A DNA stretch of 64,000 bases from an uncultured Candidatus Actinomarina sp. (GCA_902615855.1 CACMQN010000006.1:6208-70207), one strand, 5' to 3'. Shown: positions 43,175-52,522, numbered from the stretch's first letter. Translations and numbers: made by a program. Notes: generated from the sequence alone by a model not told the origin.

Positions 43175-44443
43175 ATGAAAGCACCAGTAGTTGGAAGCCC
43201 TCCTGTGGTGGGTCACTCTATACAATTTAATTATGATGCACTTGCATTGATCCAAAGACTTCAGGAATCAAAGGGTGATGTGTTTCAGCTTAATATTTTA
43301 AATGAAGACGTACTGTTATTCTTAACTCCCTCAGCTACGAAACAAATTTTTTTGGATCCTGATGATAATTTTTCTTCAAAACATGGTTGGGAATTCTCTA
43401 TAGGACCAACATTTGAAAATGGTCTAATGCTTCGTGATTTTGATGATCATAAATATCATAGATCACTTTTGCAGAATTCATTTCGTAGAGATGCATTAGA
43501 TAAATATATACACATCATTCAACCAAGAATTGATTCATGGATTGAAGAAGTAAAACAAAAAAGAGAGTTTTATTTATATAAGTCAATAAAACAACTTATG
43601 TTTAACGTTGCTGTTGAATTATTTTTTGATGAAGTTGACGATACAAAATTAAATCACTTAAATCAACTTTTTATAAATTCAATAAAACCTGCAACAACAA
43701 TTGTACGTAGCCCTTATCCAATGACAAGAATGAAAAAAGGATTAAAAGCTAGGGTCGAGTTATTAGAGTATTTTCAAGAAAAATCTGACAAGATTGATCT
43801 TTCAAAAGAAACATTGTTTGCAGACTTAGTAAAAACAAATAATGAAGAAGCTGGGTTAACAAATTTCGAAATAGCTGAGCATATGATTTTTTTACTACTT
43901 GCTGCACATGACACAACAACAAGCACCCTGACTTCATCTATTCACTTTTTAGCTGGAGATGAAAAATATCAAAACAAAGTAAAAACTGAATCTTCTACAC
44001 TGTCAAAAACAGATATATCTGATCTCAAAAATGGAATCATAGGTGAGGCTTTATTTAATGAAGCAATAAGAAAATATCCCCCTGTCCCTTTTTCTCCTCG
44101 GTGGGTAGTTCGAGATGCAGAATTGGACGGTTATGAAATACCTAAGAATACATATATTGCTGCTGGACCTTTAGTTTTACACAACGATGAAAGATATTGG
44201 GAAGATCCTTTAGCTTTCAATCCAGAAAGATTTGAAGATCCAACAATTACACATGAGGCATATTTTCCATTTGCTGGAGGAGCTCATACTTGTCTTGGAA
44301 AATTTTTTGCAAGTTATTTATTTAAAAACGTTATCTACAAACTTGTGGATAATTTTCAGGTAATTAGTACAAATGAAGAACTTAAAATCAACCCTGCACC
44401 AATACCAAACCCTAGAAAAGATGTGAAAATTCAAGTTTCATAG
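43175..44443 (+). CDS. Cytochrome P450
   Basis: Heme-thiolate loop FPFAGGAHTCLGKFFA, I-helix LLLAAHDTTTS, EAIR (ExxR). Confidence 0.9.
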   Translation: MKAPVVGSPPVVGHSIQFNYDALALIQRLQESKGDVFQLNILNEDVLLFLTPSATKQIFLDPDDNFSSKHGWEFSIGPTFENGLMLRDFDDHKYHRSLLQNSFRRDALDKYIHIIQPRIDSWIEEVKQKREFYLYKSIKQLMFNVAVELFFDEVDDTKLNHLNQLFINSIKPATTIVRSPYPMTRMKKGLKARVELLEYFQEKSDKIDLSKETLFADLVKTNNEEAGLTNFEIAEHMIFLLLAAHDTTTSTLTSSIHFLAGDEKYQNKVKTESSTLSKTDISDLKNGIIGEALFNEAIRKYPPVPFSPRWVVRDAELDGYEIPKNTYIAAGPLVLHNDERYWEDPLAFNPERFEDPTITHEAYFPFAGGAHTCLGKFFASYLFKNVIYKLVDNFQVISTNEELKINPAPIPNPRKDVKIQVS

Positions 44444-44456
44444 GGTTTTATCTTAA

Positions 44457-44612
44457 AAAGTTCGCGAAAAAAAAGATCTTAAATTTTTTGCCAAAACATA
44501 GATAAGTATGTAAATTAAATACACACTATTAAAAAAGAAGTCGCAAGACCGAAATTTTAATAGAATAGAAAATCCCGAAGGGTCGCAAGATCAATCGGGA
44601 TTTTTGCTTTAT
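44457..44612 (+). repeat. Intergenic module copy 2 (156 bp)
   Basis: See copy 1. The 3' 54 nt (44559-44612) are identical to 43091-43144. Confidence 0.9.
44523..44610 (+). ncRNA. Candidate small RNA or terminator-type leader, copy 2
   Basis: -35 TTGCCA 44488-44493, 17-nt spacer, -10 TAAATT 44511-44516. Hairpin GUC-GCAA-GAC at 44540-44549. Same terminator hairpin at 44569-44604 plus U-tract. Confidence 0.35.
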
Positions 44613-44777
44613 AGACGATTTTTTATATAAAAAAGCAAAAAGACTCCCTTGTGGCTGTTATTTTTGTTTTATCACACTTTTAGCAGTGGCTCAAAGCACG
44701 AAAGGAAGTCCTATATATAAGTTTAATAATCTTTTGATTTTGTTTTAAAATTTAGAAAAAATTCATATAATTAAAAC

Positions 44778-46028
44778 ATGAAAAAGTCAATAAATATAGG
44801 GATTATCCTACTTTTTTTACTTCAAGCATGTTCTGGCGAAGAAAATACTAAATCTCCTATAAACCCACCTCAAGTATTAGAAAATTCAGTTGAAAATGAA
44901 ATTATCGAAAACGACGTCCAAGAAGAAGAGCAATCAAAACCGGAATCAAATACTGAAATAGCTGATATTAAAGAAGTCCTTAAAGAATTCCCGCAAGGAG
45001 CGCTTTCGTTTTTAGGAGATAATGAAAAGCAATGTATATCACAAATTTCAACAACAGAAGCTCTTAAGAGCATGGAAAAAAGCTTAATGGAGGAAGGGTC
45101 AATTCTTCAGGAGCATATGGATTATTTCACATCATGTAATCTTCCTGGTCCACCTGGAATAGGAATAAAAGAAGCAACTTCTTCTAATGATAATGAAATT
45201 GTCCAAGAGACCTATTATGCCACTTCATTTGCAAGCGTTGAAAACATTAGATCTTTGGACGAAGATGGCGTAAGTCCTCATTTAGAAAAAGTTGATGAAA
45301 AGACTCTCAGATTATTTTACAGCAGCATTGAGGTAAAAGGGATAGCAGTATCATTATGTGATTATAAGTTTAAGTGTGAACTACAAGGAGCTCTTGAGAG
45401 GATGTCAGACCTAACAATAATCGAGACACTTGATGGGGTAAGAAGAGGCTACTATGTTGCATTAAATCCTCAAACTCAACAGAAAGATATTTTTACTGCT
45501 GTTTTTTCAGAAGATGGATTGAGTTACAGTAATGAAACACCGCTTGGGTTTCCTGTAGATCAGAATGAGATTGCCTGGGGAGTGCCAGATGCTGTACTAA
45601 TGCCAAATGGCTTAGTAAGAGTTTATTGGGTGTATACAGAAGACAAGACCTCTGATGAAAAACTTGTAAGTGCAACATCTAAAACCACTAAGGGTGTTGA
45701 GTTTATCATGGATCCTGGGTACAGGTTAGAAAATGGCTATGTAGATTTTGAAGTAATAATAGCTGCTGAAGGAGACTGGAAAGCTCTAATGTCGTATACT
45801 CCTCATTATATGCCCGAAATACCTCAGAGCTTATTTTATGCAACATCTAAAGATGGATTAAAATGGGATTTAATCGAGGAAAGAATTACTCCTAAAGGGT
45901 ATTCTTACTTTGACCCTACAGCAATCCCAATTGATGACAAAAACTATTTAGTCGTAGGGTCAGCTGCTCCTAACACTTTGGGAGATAGAGAGCATATATT
46001 GTTTACTGCTGAGTTAGTACTGCCATGA
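44778..46028 (+). CDS. Secreted lipoprotein with Asp-box-like motifs, paralogue 1 (possible beta-propeller; function unknown)
   Basis: Lipobox LLQACSG. The C-terminal ~270 aa are paralogous to the next gene (WGVPDAVLMPNGLVRVYWVYTED, SATSKTTKGVEF, DPGYR, GYVDFEV, LFYATSKDGLKWD resembling the SxDxGxxW Asp box). Confidence 0.65.
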   Translation: MKKSINIGIILLFLLQACSGEENTKSPINPPQVLENSVENEIIENDVQEEEQSKPESNTEIADIKEVLKEFPQGALSFLGDNEKQCISQISTTEALKSMEKSLMEEGSILQEHMDYFTSCNLPGPPGIGIKEATSSNDNEIVQETYYATSFASVENIRSLDEDGVSPHLEKVDEKTLRLFYSSIEVKGIAVSLCDYKFKCELQGALERMSDLTIIETLDGVRRGYYVALNPQTQQKDIFTAVFSEDGLSYSNETPLGFPVDQNEIAWGVPDAVLMPNGLVRVYWVYTEDKTSDEKLVSATSKTTKGVEFIMDPGYRLENGYVDFEVIIAAEGDWKALMSYTPHYMPEIPQSLFYATSKDGLKWDLIEERITPKGYSYFDPTAIPIDDKNYLVVGSAAPNTLGDREHILFTAELVLP

Positions 46029-46990
46029 GAGAAAAAAAGTTTGTTTTGTTTTTTTTAATATTAGTTTTTGGTATGTGTGGCAGTGACTCCTCTATTGAAG
46101 TAAATGAACTTGTAGAAGAAGATAAAGAAACTGCCCAAACTGACACGGATAATAAATCTGATTTAGTAAGTAAGGACAGTCAAGGCATAGCGATTGAAAA
46201 TATAAAATCTATAGATCATTACGGTACAAGTTCACATATGGAAATAGTAGATGACTCTACTTTAAGACTTTTTTACAATGATTTTGGTGGTGTTGTGGTT
46301 TTTCTTTGTAGTTATGATTTTGATTGTGAAAAACAGGGAAATATCCAATTTATTACAGACCTTACTTTGATTGAAACTCTTGACGGTGAAAGAAGAGGTT
46401 ATTTTGTCGAAATGAATCCAAATACAATGGAAAGTGGGATTTATACTGCAAAATTTTCTGAAGATGGGCTCACCTATACTGAGAAAACACCTCTAGGCAT
46501 TACAGCTAGAGAGGATGAAGTTGCTTGGGGTGTTCCTGACACAGTAGTTATGCCAAATGGTTTGATAAGAGTTTATTGGGTGTATACAGAGGATAATTTC
46601 TCACCTGAGAAAATTGTGAGTGCAACGTCAAAAACAACAAAAGGGATTGAGTTTACACTTGATCCAGGATACAGAATTGATGATGGATACGTAGACTTTG
46701 AAGTTTTAAAAGCGGAAGAAGGAGACTGGAGAGCTGTAATGTCATACACACCGCACTACCTTCCCAACATACCCCAGAGTTTATTTTACGCAATATCAAG
46801 AGATGGTTTAGATTGGGAATTTAGTAAAGAGAGAATAACTGAAAAAGATTTTAGTTATTTAGATCCAACAGGAGTACCACTTGACAACGGGACATATTTA
46901 CTGGTTATGAGTGGAGCAACTAATGAAATGGCTGATCCAATGAAAAATCCTAATTATCAATTATTTACAGCACAATTAATTCTTCCATAG
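46025..46990 (+). CDS. Secreted lipoprotein with Asp-box-like motifs, paralogue 2
   Basis: Lipobox VFGMCGS, ATGA overlap with paralogue 1, and the same conserved blocks (WGVPDTVVMPNGLIRVYWVYTED, LFYAISRDGLDWE). Confidence 0.65.
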   Translation: MREKKFVLFFLILVFGMCGSDSSIEVNELVEEDKETAQTDTDNKSDLVSKDSQGIAIENIKSIDHYGTSSHMEIVDDSTLRLFYNDFGGVVVFLCSYDFDCEKQGNIQFITDLTLIETLDGERRGYFVEMNPNTMESGIYTAKFSEDGLTYTEKTPLGITAREDEVAWGVPDTVVMPNGLIRVYWVYTEDNFSPEKIVSATSKTTKGIEFTLDPGYRIDDGYVDFEVLKAEEGDWRAVMSYTPHYLPNIPQSLFYAISRDGLDWEFSKERITEKDFSYLDPTGVPLDNGTYLLVMSGATNEMADPMKNPNYQLFTAQLILP

Positions 46991-47034
46991 AATATATCAA
47001 ACTAAATAATCATTTTTTCATTTATAATTAACCC

Positions 47035-47802
47035 ATGAATATTGGTGCACATATACCCTCAAAAAACGCTATAGAGGAAATAAAATCAAGAAAGGGAGAT
47101 ACTTTTCAAATATTTATTTCTAGTCCCCAAATGTGGAAAAGCCCAAAACCCCGTGAAGATGTTGATGTTTTACAAGAGTATGATGGCCCAATTTATGTTC
47201 ATGCACCATATTTAATTAATGTTGCTACTCCAAATAATAAAGTTCGCCATCCAAGCAGAAAACTATTAAAAGACACGTGTAAAGTTGCTGCAAGTTTTGG
47301 TGCCAAAGGAGTAATTGTTCATGGAGGATCTGTTGGTGAAGGTGGAGACATTAGTGTTGGTTACGACAACTGGAGAAAAGCTTTAGAGCATGTGGAGGAT
47401 ACAGGCATGAGAGTGTTGGTTGAAAATACTGCAGGTGGCAAAAATTCAGTCGCAAGATATATGGACTCAATTGAGAGGTTATGGGAGGTAATCGGTCATT
47501 TAAACGTAGGACTATGTTTAGATACTTGCCATACCTGGGCTGGAGGAATACCTACCATTGATGCAGTTAAGGGATTCAAGAAATTAGTCAAAAAAATAGA
47601 TTTAATACACTTTAATGATTCTAAAGATGGTTTTGAGAGTAGTAGAGATAGACATGAAAACTTAGGAAAAGGAAAAATTCCAAAAGAGGAATTAGAGTAT
47701 GTAATCAAAAATGCAAAAACAGATATTATTGTGGAAACACCTAATGGACCAGATGCACAAAAAAAAGATATTGCTTGGATAAAGAGGCGTTTAAATAAAT
47801 GA
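47035..47802 (+). CDS. nfo: Endonuclease IV (AP endonuclease family 2)
   Basis: HAPYLINVATPN, VHGGS, ENTAG, CLDTCHTWAGG, HFNDSK and DRHENLGKGKI metal-site motifs. Confidence 0.85.
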   Translation: MNIGAHIPSKNAIEEIKSRKGDTFQIFISSPQMWKSPKPREDVDVLQEYDGPIYVHAPYLINVATPNNKVRHPSRKLLKDTCKVAASFGAKGVIVHGGSVGEGGDISVGYDNWRKALEHVEDTGMRVLVENTAGGKNSVARYMDSIERLWEVIGHLNVGLCLDTCHTWAGGIPTIDAVKGFKKLVKKIDLIHFNDSKDGFESSRDRHENLGKGKIPKEELEYVIKNAKTDIIVETPNGPDAQKKDIAWIKRRLNK

Positions 47803-49067
47803 ACTATTTACCAAAAAACCTAACGTTTGAGGAGGGAGTCGCGTTTATAAACGGCTTTTCACTCATTGATATCTCATCAGAACATGGAACACCTCTTTAT
47901 GTATATGATTGGAATCATATCGAAAACAATATATCTGAATTCACAAATGCTTTCGGTGAAGATACTTTATATCGATATGCTGCAAAAGCCTTTATCTGCA
48001 AAAAGCTTGTCGAACTATTGGATAAAAATAAATGGGGTGTTGATGTAGTCTCGGGAGGTGAAATGGCAACGGTTTTATCTTCAATAGATACACTCGAAAA
48101 CACACTATTTAATGGGACTTATAAAACTAAAGAAGAGGTAGATTTTTTCATATCAAATAATGGTGGACATATATCAATTGATAACTTGAATGAAATCTCT
48201 TTACTTCAACAAATTGCTTCAAAAAATAAAAGAAAACAATCAGTTATTCTAAGAATCAATTTAGATCTTGGCGCAGAAACCCACCCAATGGTTTTGACAT
48301 CAGGTTATGATCAGCAGTTTGGACTTTCAATCGATATTGCTGATACAGCCCTAAAAGAAGTTTATAATTCTGACTCACTTTTATTTTCAGGAATTCATGT
48401 CCACATAGGAAGCCAGATTAAAGATCCCGAAAGATTCAAAAAAGCAATGGAAGAGTGCTCTTTATTTTTAGAAAAGAACAAAGCTAGTGTTGAAAGAGAG
48501 ATTGTTTTTGACGCTGGTGGTGGTTTCTTTTCTCCCTATGAAGGTGATGAGAATAGTCAAGACCTTGAAGCTTACTCTGAGGCGATTAAGTCTGGTATTG
48601 AAGAAAACTGGAGTTCAGACTATAAAATAATGATTGAACCAGGGAGAGCTGTTGTTAATAACGCTGGACTAATTCTTTATACCGCAGGAGCAATAAAAGA
48701 AGACAGAGGAGATAAACCATATATTTTGGTTGATGGAGGAATGTCAGATAATCCAAGACCAGCTTTATATGGTAGTGAACACAAGTTATTTAATATATCA
48801 GGAAACAAAAAAGAGGAAGAAAAAGTTTTTGCAGTATCTGGAAGACATTGCGAATCAGGAGATCTTTTAGTCGAAGAAGCAAGTCTTCCAACTGACACAA
48901 ATCCAGGCGATATTTTAATGTCAACATCTACCGGAGCTTACACATTCGCTATGGCCAGTAATTACAATAGGGTTCCAAAGGCTAAAGTCATTGGTATATC
49001 AAGTAATGAGGTTTTCGACTTAGTCAAAAGACAGTCTTTTGAAGACACTCTTGCACAAGATTCTTAA
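47799..49067 (+). CDS. lysA: Diaminopimelate decarboxylase
   Basis: PLP lysine motif YAAKAF, plus HVHIGSQ, DAGGGF and CESGD. ATGA overlap with nfo. Confidence 0.88.
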   Translation: MNYLPKNLTFEEGVAFINGFSLIDISSEHGTPLYVYDWNHIENNISEFTNAFGEDTLYRYAAKAFICKKLVELLDKNKWGVDVVSGGEMATVLSSIDTLENTLFNGTYKTKEEVDFFISNNGGHISIDNLNEISLLQQIASKNKRKQSVILRINLDLGAETHPMVLTSGYDQQFGLSIDIADTALKEVYNSDSLLFSGIHVHIGSQIKDPERFKKAMEECSLFLEKNKASVEREIVFDAGGGFFSPYEGDENSQDLEAYSEAIKSGIEENWSSDYKIMIEPGRAVVNNAGLILYTAGAIKEDRGDKPYILVDGGMSDNPRPALYGSEHKLFNISGNKKEEEKVFAVSGRHCESGDLLVEEASLPTDTNPGDILMSTSTGAYTFAMASNYNRVPKAKVIGISSNEVFDLVKRQSFEDTLAQDS

Positions 49068-50056
49068 TTTTTTATTAGCCCTCTATCAATATAGAAATTA
49101 ATTGTATCAGTGATTGTTTCAATAAAAGGTCTATTAGCGTGACCTAATTCATTTTTGGCTAGCGTACAAGGTATCAGTTTATGTGCAGTTTTTATTGTAT
49201 GAATAGTGTCAATCGTCATGAGTCTTGGTTTCTTTGTAAATTTTGACTTTACTATTTCATATGGAACATTGAAATACATTGAAGATATAGGCAAAGCAGC
49301 AATCAAAGTTCTCCTATCTAATAATTCACCTATCATTTTTGCAATTTCTGGAAACATTAAAAATTCTCCACCTACGAGATAATTTTGACCATTAACACCT
49401 TTTATTGAACAATTAATTGCAGTTTTTGATAAATCTCTCACGTCAACGTAGTTATATCCAAAATTTATGTTCAAAAGTCTCTTTTGGTTTGCAATATCGA
49501 TCATTGATTGACAATTTAGTCCAGGTTTAAAATCATTGGGACCCATTATTGATGTTGGATGAATAATGCTTGCATCTAGATAATTATTTGTAAAATCTAA
49601 AACAATTCTTTGACCATCAGCCTTAGAAAGGTCATATGGAATTGACTTAGGATTAGATATAAGATTTCTAGATTCATGTAAGGGTTCATCCATCGGTTCT
49701 CTTTGAAATGCATCAATAGAAGAAAAATGAACTAATTTTTTTATATTTGCATCTACAGATGCTTCACATACATTTTTTGTTCCCTCGACATTTATTTTTC
49801 TTATCAGATTTTCATATCTTCTATCAAGACTTATAAAAGCAGCTGTATGGAAAACTACCTCAACATCTTTAAAAGCTGGCTTAAGAGAATCTTTATCTGT
49901 AATATCAGCTTTGATTAATTCAATGTCTAAATTTTCAAAGGCTCGATAATCGTTGTCATAATCAATGCACCGCACTTTGTATCCTTGGTTAATTAATTCC
50001 CGTGAAAGATTTGCTCCAACATGTCCAGATCCACCAGTAATTAATGCGAGAGTCAT
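49064..50056 (-). CDS. NAD(P)-dependent epimerase/dehydratase-family (extended SDR) oxidoreductase
   Basis: Rossmann motif LITGGSGHVGANL. Catalytic YDLSK (YxxxK). Confidence 0.8.
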   Translation of the reverse strand: MTLALITGGSGHVGANLSRELINQGYKVRCIDYDNDYRAFENLDIELIKADITDKDSLKPAFKDVEVVFHTAAFISLDRRYENLIRKINVEGTKNVCEASVDANIKKLVHFSSIDAFQREPMDEPLHESRNLISNPKSIPYDLSKADGQRIVLDFTNNYLDASIIHPTSIMGPNDFKPGLNCQSMIDIANQKRLLNINFGYNYVDVRDLSKTAINCSIKGVNGQNYLVGGEFLMFPEIAKMIGELLDRRTLIAALPISSMYFNVPYEIVKSKFTKKPRLMTIDTIHTIKTAHKLIPCTLAKNELGHANRPFIETITDTINFYIDRGLIKN

Positions 50057-50071
50057 ATTATTATTTTAATT

Positions 50072-50335
50072 ATGGATAATGATGAAAAGCTAATTAGAAA
50101 AGCAAAAGCACGTATAGGTTTTAGAATTCATAGTGTTATTTACTTCATCGTTTGTTTAGCTCTGACTTTATTCGATATATTTATTGACTCTACTGGTGCA
50201 AATTGGTGGTATTTTGTTGTTGGTGGTTGGGGTATTGGTTTGCTTTCACATTTTGTAGGTATTACAAGCAATAGTCTTTTTTCAGTTGAAAAGGAAGTAG
50301 AGAGATTAAAGAACGATAGTAAAGATAGATATTAA
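50072..50335 (+). CDS. 2TM-domain small membrane protein
   Basis: 87 aa. KAKARIGFRIHSVIYFIV...NWWYFVVGGWGIGLLSHF resembles the 2TM family pattern. Confidence 0.5.
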   Translation: MDNDEKLIRKAKARIGFRIHSVIYFIVCLALTLFDIFIDSTGANWWYFVVGGWGIGLLSHFVGITSNSLFSVEKEVERLKNDSKDRY

Positions 50336-50340
50336 GTTTT

Positions 50341-50538
50341 TTAATCGTCACCAAAAAACATCTGGTTTCCACCGTATGGAATTTCTTCGTCTTTTGAATA
50401 GATTTCTACAAAACGTTGTTTTATCTCTTTAACTTTGTCAATGAGTCCAATTTTTTTTAAATAGTTGTATGGAGCTCTAAAAACTCTATCTTCAAACTCT
50501 AAAAATTTTGATATTTTCTTACTCATCGTTCTAAACAT
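50341..50538 (-). CDS. Hypothetical 65-aa protein
   Basis: ORF only, no motif. Confidence 0.35.
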   Translation of the reverse strand: MFRTMSKKISKFLEFEDRVFRAPYNYLKKIGLIDKVKEIKQRFVEIYSKDEEIPYGGNQMFFGDD

Positions 50539-50638
50539 TAGCGTTTACTCAATTTTATAAAAACTTTTTGTTTATTAAATCTTTGTAAACATGGATATTT
50601 AGCCTATTATCCCTAATGATTGGGGGTTCTTTACATTT

Positions 50639-51304
50639 ATGAAAGACATTAAAATAACTAAAAATCATCCCATAAAGAAAAGGTATATATTAGGACCTCT
50701 AGGAAGAATATTTTTGAAAATAATTAACTGGGATATTATCGGAAATCTTCCAGATAAAAAAAGAATAATTATTGCATCAGCACCCCATTCATCAAGTTTT
50801 GATAGCATTTATGCTTTTTTTGTGTGTTTGGCATCAGATCTAAAATTCTACTTTTTAGGGTCAATATCAATGTTTACAAGAATTGTTATTCCTATTCCGT
50901 TTAAAAAGAATCCAGACAAACTAGGTATTCCCCATCCTTTTGGCTTGGTTCAAAAAAAGATACTTTTAAATTTTGGGGGTATTCCTGTTTGGAGAACAAA
51001 GTCAACTGGTGTTACACAACAAGTTATTGATCAATTAAAAACAAAGGACAAATTTATTTTATATTTAACTGTTGAAGGCCTCATGCATACAAATAAAACA
51101 ATCAAAAGTGGATTTTATTATATTGGAAAAGAACTTGATGCAACCATTGTTCCTACAAAAATTGATTATAAAAATAGAAGGTTTGAACTTATGGAAGAAT
51201 ATTTACTGACTGGATCGGTAGAGAATGATAAAAATGCATTAATGGACGTATACCACATGGTTCAGGGAAGAAATAAAACATTTTTAAAACCAGAGAAAGA
51301 TTAA
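50639..51304 (+). CDS. PlsC-like acyltransferase (paralogue of 41095-41763)
   Basis: SAPHSSSFD (H-x4-D). Same length and architecture as the 222-aa paralogue (IPV.R, ...KIDYKNRRF / QIDYENRQL). Confidence 0.6.
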   Translation: MKDIKITKNHPIKKRYILGPLGRIFLKIINWDIIGNLPDKKRIIIASAPHSSSFDSIYAFFVCLASDLKFYFLGSISMFTRIVIPIPFKKNPDKLGIPHPFGLVQKKILLNFGGIPVWRTKSTGVTQQVIDQLKTKDKFILYLTVEGLMHTNKTIKSGFYYIGKELDATIVPTKIDYKNRRFELMEEYLLTGSVENDKNALMDVYHMVQGRNKTFLKPEKD

Positions 51305-51409
51305 TTTGTTAGTAATTTTTTTAGTCATTATTGGTTCGGTATTATTAATTAGCTGGTTTCCAAATATGTCTATCTTGATTGGTATCATTGGAGTTGTATT
51401 AGGAATAAA

Positions 51410-52522
51410 TTGGTTGATAAAAAACGACAACTATTACGAATAAACAAACTCTTAATTTTTATTTTTATATTCATTTTTTGTGGTGGAAGCGACAATTCTA
51501 GCTACAGTAATATAGACAATTTAACTTCTGTTGTTGAAGAAAGTCAAGAATCAACATCTGATCAAGAATCAACACAAAACTCAGATGAACAGAATACTAA
51601 TGAATCTGTATGGGGTGAATGGTATGGAGATATAGAAATATATGCTGCCCCTGATGTAACCCAACAACACATAGATATCACACTTGAATGGGTTAAAAAG
51701 GGTATTGAATTTTGGGGAAGTTATGGACCTCTCGAGTTATGGATTGTAGGAGACACATATGAGGGGGCAATTGCATTAGACAATTTATGGTGCGATGTTA
51801 GAACCCAAAAAGATCCTAAATGGAATACTGAGTGGGATTGTGCAAATGGAGACCCTTACGGATCTGGTGATGGCTGGTCACCTTTTTATAGATGTGTTGA
51901 CGAAGGATGTTCTGCGGTCTCAACCTATATTCAAAGTAATTTAGATTACTGGTTTAATATCATAACAATGTCTTCAAAGTATCCAGGTCCAGAAGAAGAG
52001 GACTATAAAAAAGTAGTACTACATGAATACTTTCATGTATATCAACATGGTCATATATCCGATCCAGATGATGATACTGATGGAGATTGGAGAACAAGTA
52101 TTAGAAACCTTAAGATGGACGGCAGCCTAGAACAAAGACCATGGTTTGCTGAAGGAAGTGCAGAATATATGGGTCAATACTGGTACTCACTTCAGCCCGG
52201 AGTAGATGACAATTATTTCAGTCAAGTAATGAGTTGGAAAGCCGAAACTCTTTCCACGTATCTTGACGACGGAAGAAGCATGAGAGACATAGGTTTTGAT
52301 GCTCCATTTGAGATTTATGATGTAGGTACTTGGTTTATTGCTTACATAATAAGTCAGACAAGTGAAGAAACTGTAAGGGTTAACTTTTATAAAGACCTTG
52401 ATACTCTAGGTTTTGAAGCTTCATTTGAAAAAAACTTTGGAAAGTCATCAGATGCAATGATTGCTGAATTCAATGAATGGGCAGATCAGCCTATTTCAGA
52501 ATTAGTAAAAATATTACCTTAA
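51410..52522 (+). CDS. Secreted lipoprotein with an HExxH zinc-metallopeptidase motif
   Basis: TTG start, lipobox IFIFCGG, Ser/Glu/Gln-rich linker, VVLHEYFHVYQHGH. Confidence 0.55.
   Translation: MVDKKRQLLRINKLLIFIFIFIFCGGSDNSSYSNIDNLTSVVEESQESTSDQESTQNSDEQNTNESVWGEWYGDIEIYAAPDVTQQHIDITLEWVKKGIEFWGSYGPLELWIVGDTYEGAIALDNLWCDVRTQKDPKWNTEWDCANGDPYGSGDGWSPFYRCVDEGCSAVSTYIQSNLDYWFNIITMSSKYPGPEEEDYKKVVLHEYFHVYQHGHISDPDDDTDGDWRTSIRNLKMDGSLEQRPWFAEGSAEYMGQYWYSLQPGVDDNYFSQVMSWKAETLSTYLDDGRSMRDIGFDAPFEIYDVGTWFIAYIISQTSEETVRVNFYKDLDTLGFEASFEKNFGKSSDAMIAEFNEWADQPISELVKILP

Noticed and set aside
42990-44612. The direct repeats flanking the P450 as a transposon, MITE or integron cassette
   Set aside because: There are no terminal inverted repeats, no target-site duplication pattern, and no transposase or integrase anywhere in the window. 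The repeats are diverged in the middle rather than identical. Recombination-mediated gain or loss remains possible and is noted in the finding.
44613-44777. Possible structured RNA between module copy 2 and the lipoprotein gene (GACTCCCTT ... AAGGAAGTC long-range pairing, plus the TTTTTTATATAAAAAA palindrome at 44619-44634)
   Set aside because: The pairing has a mismatch. The interior shows direct rather than inverted repeats (GTGGCT twice). AT-only palindromes are expected by chance in this composition. The evidence is not enough for a feature.
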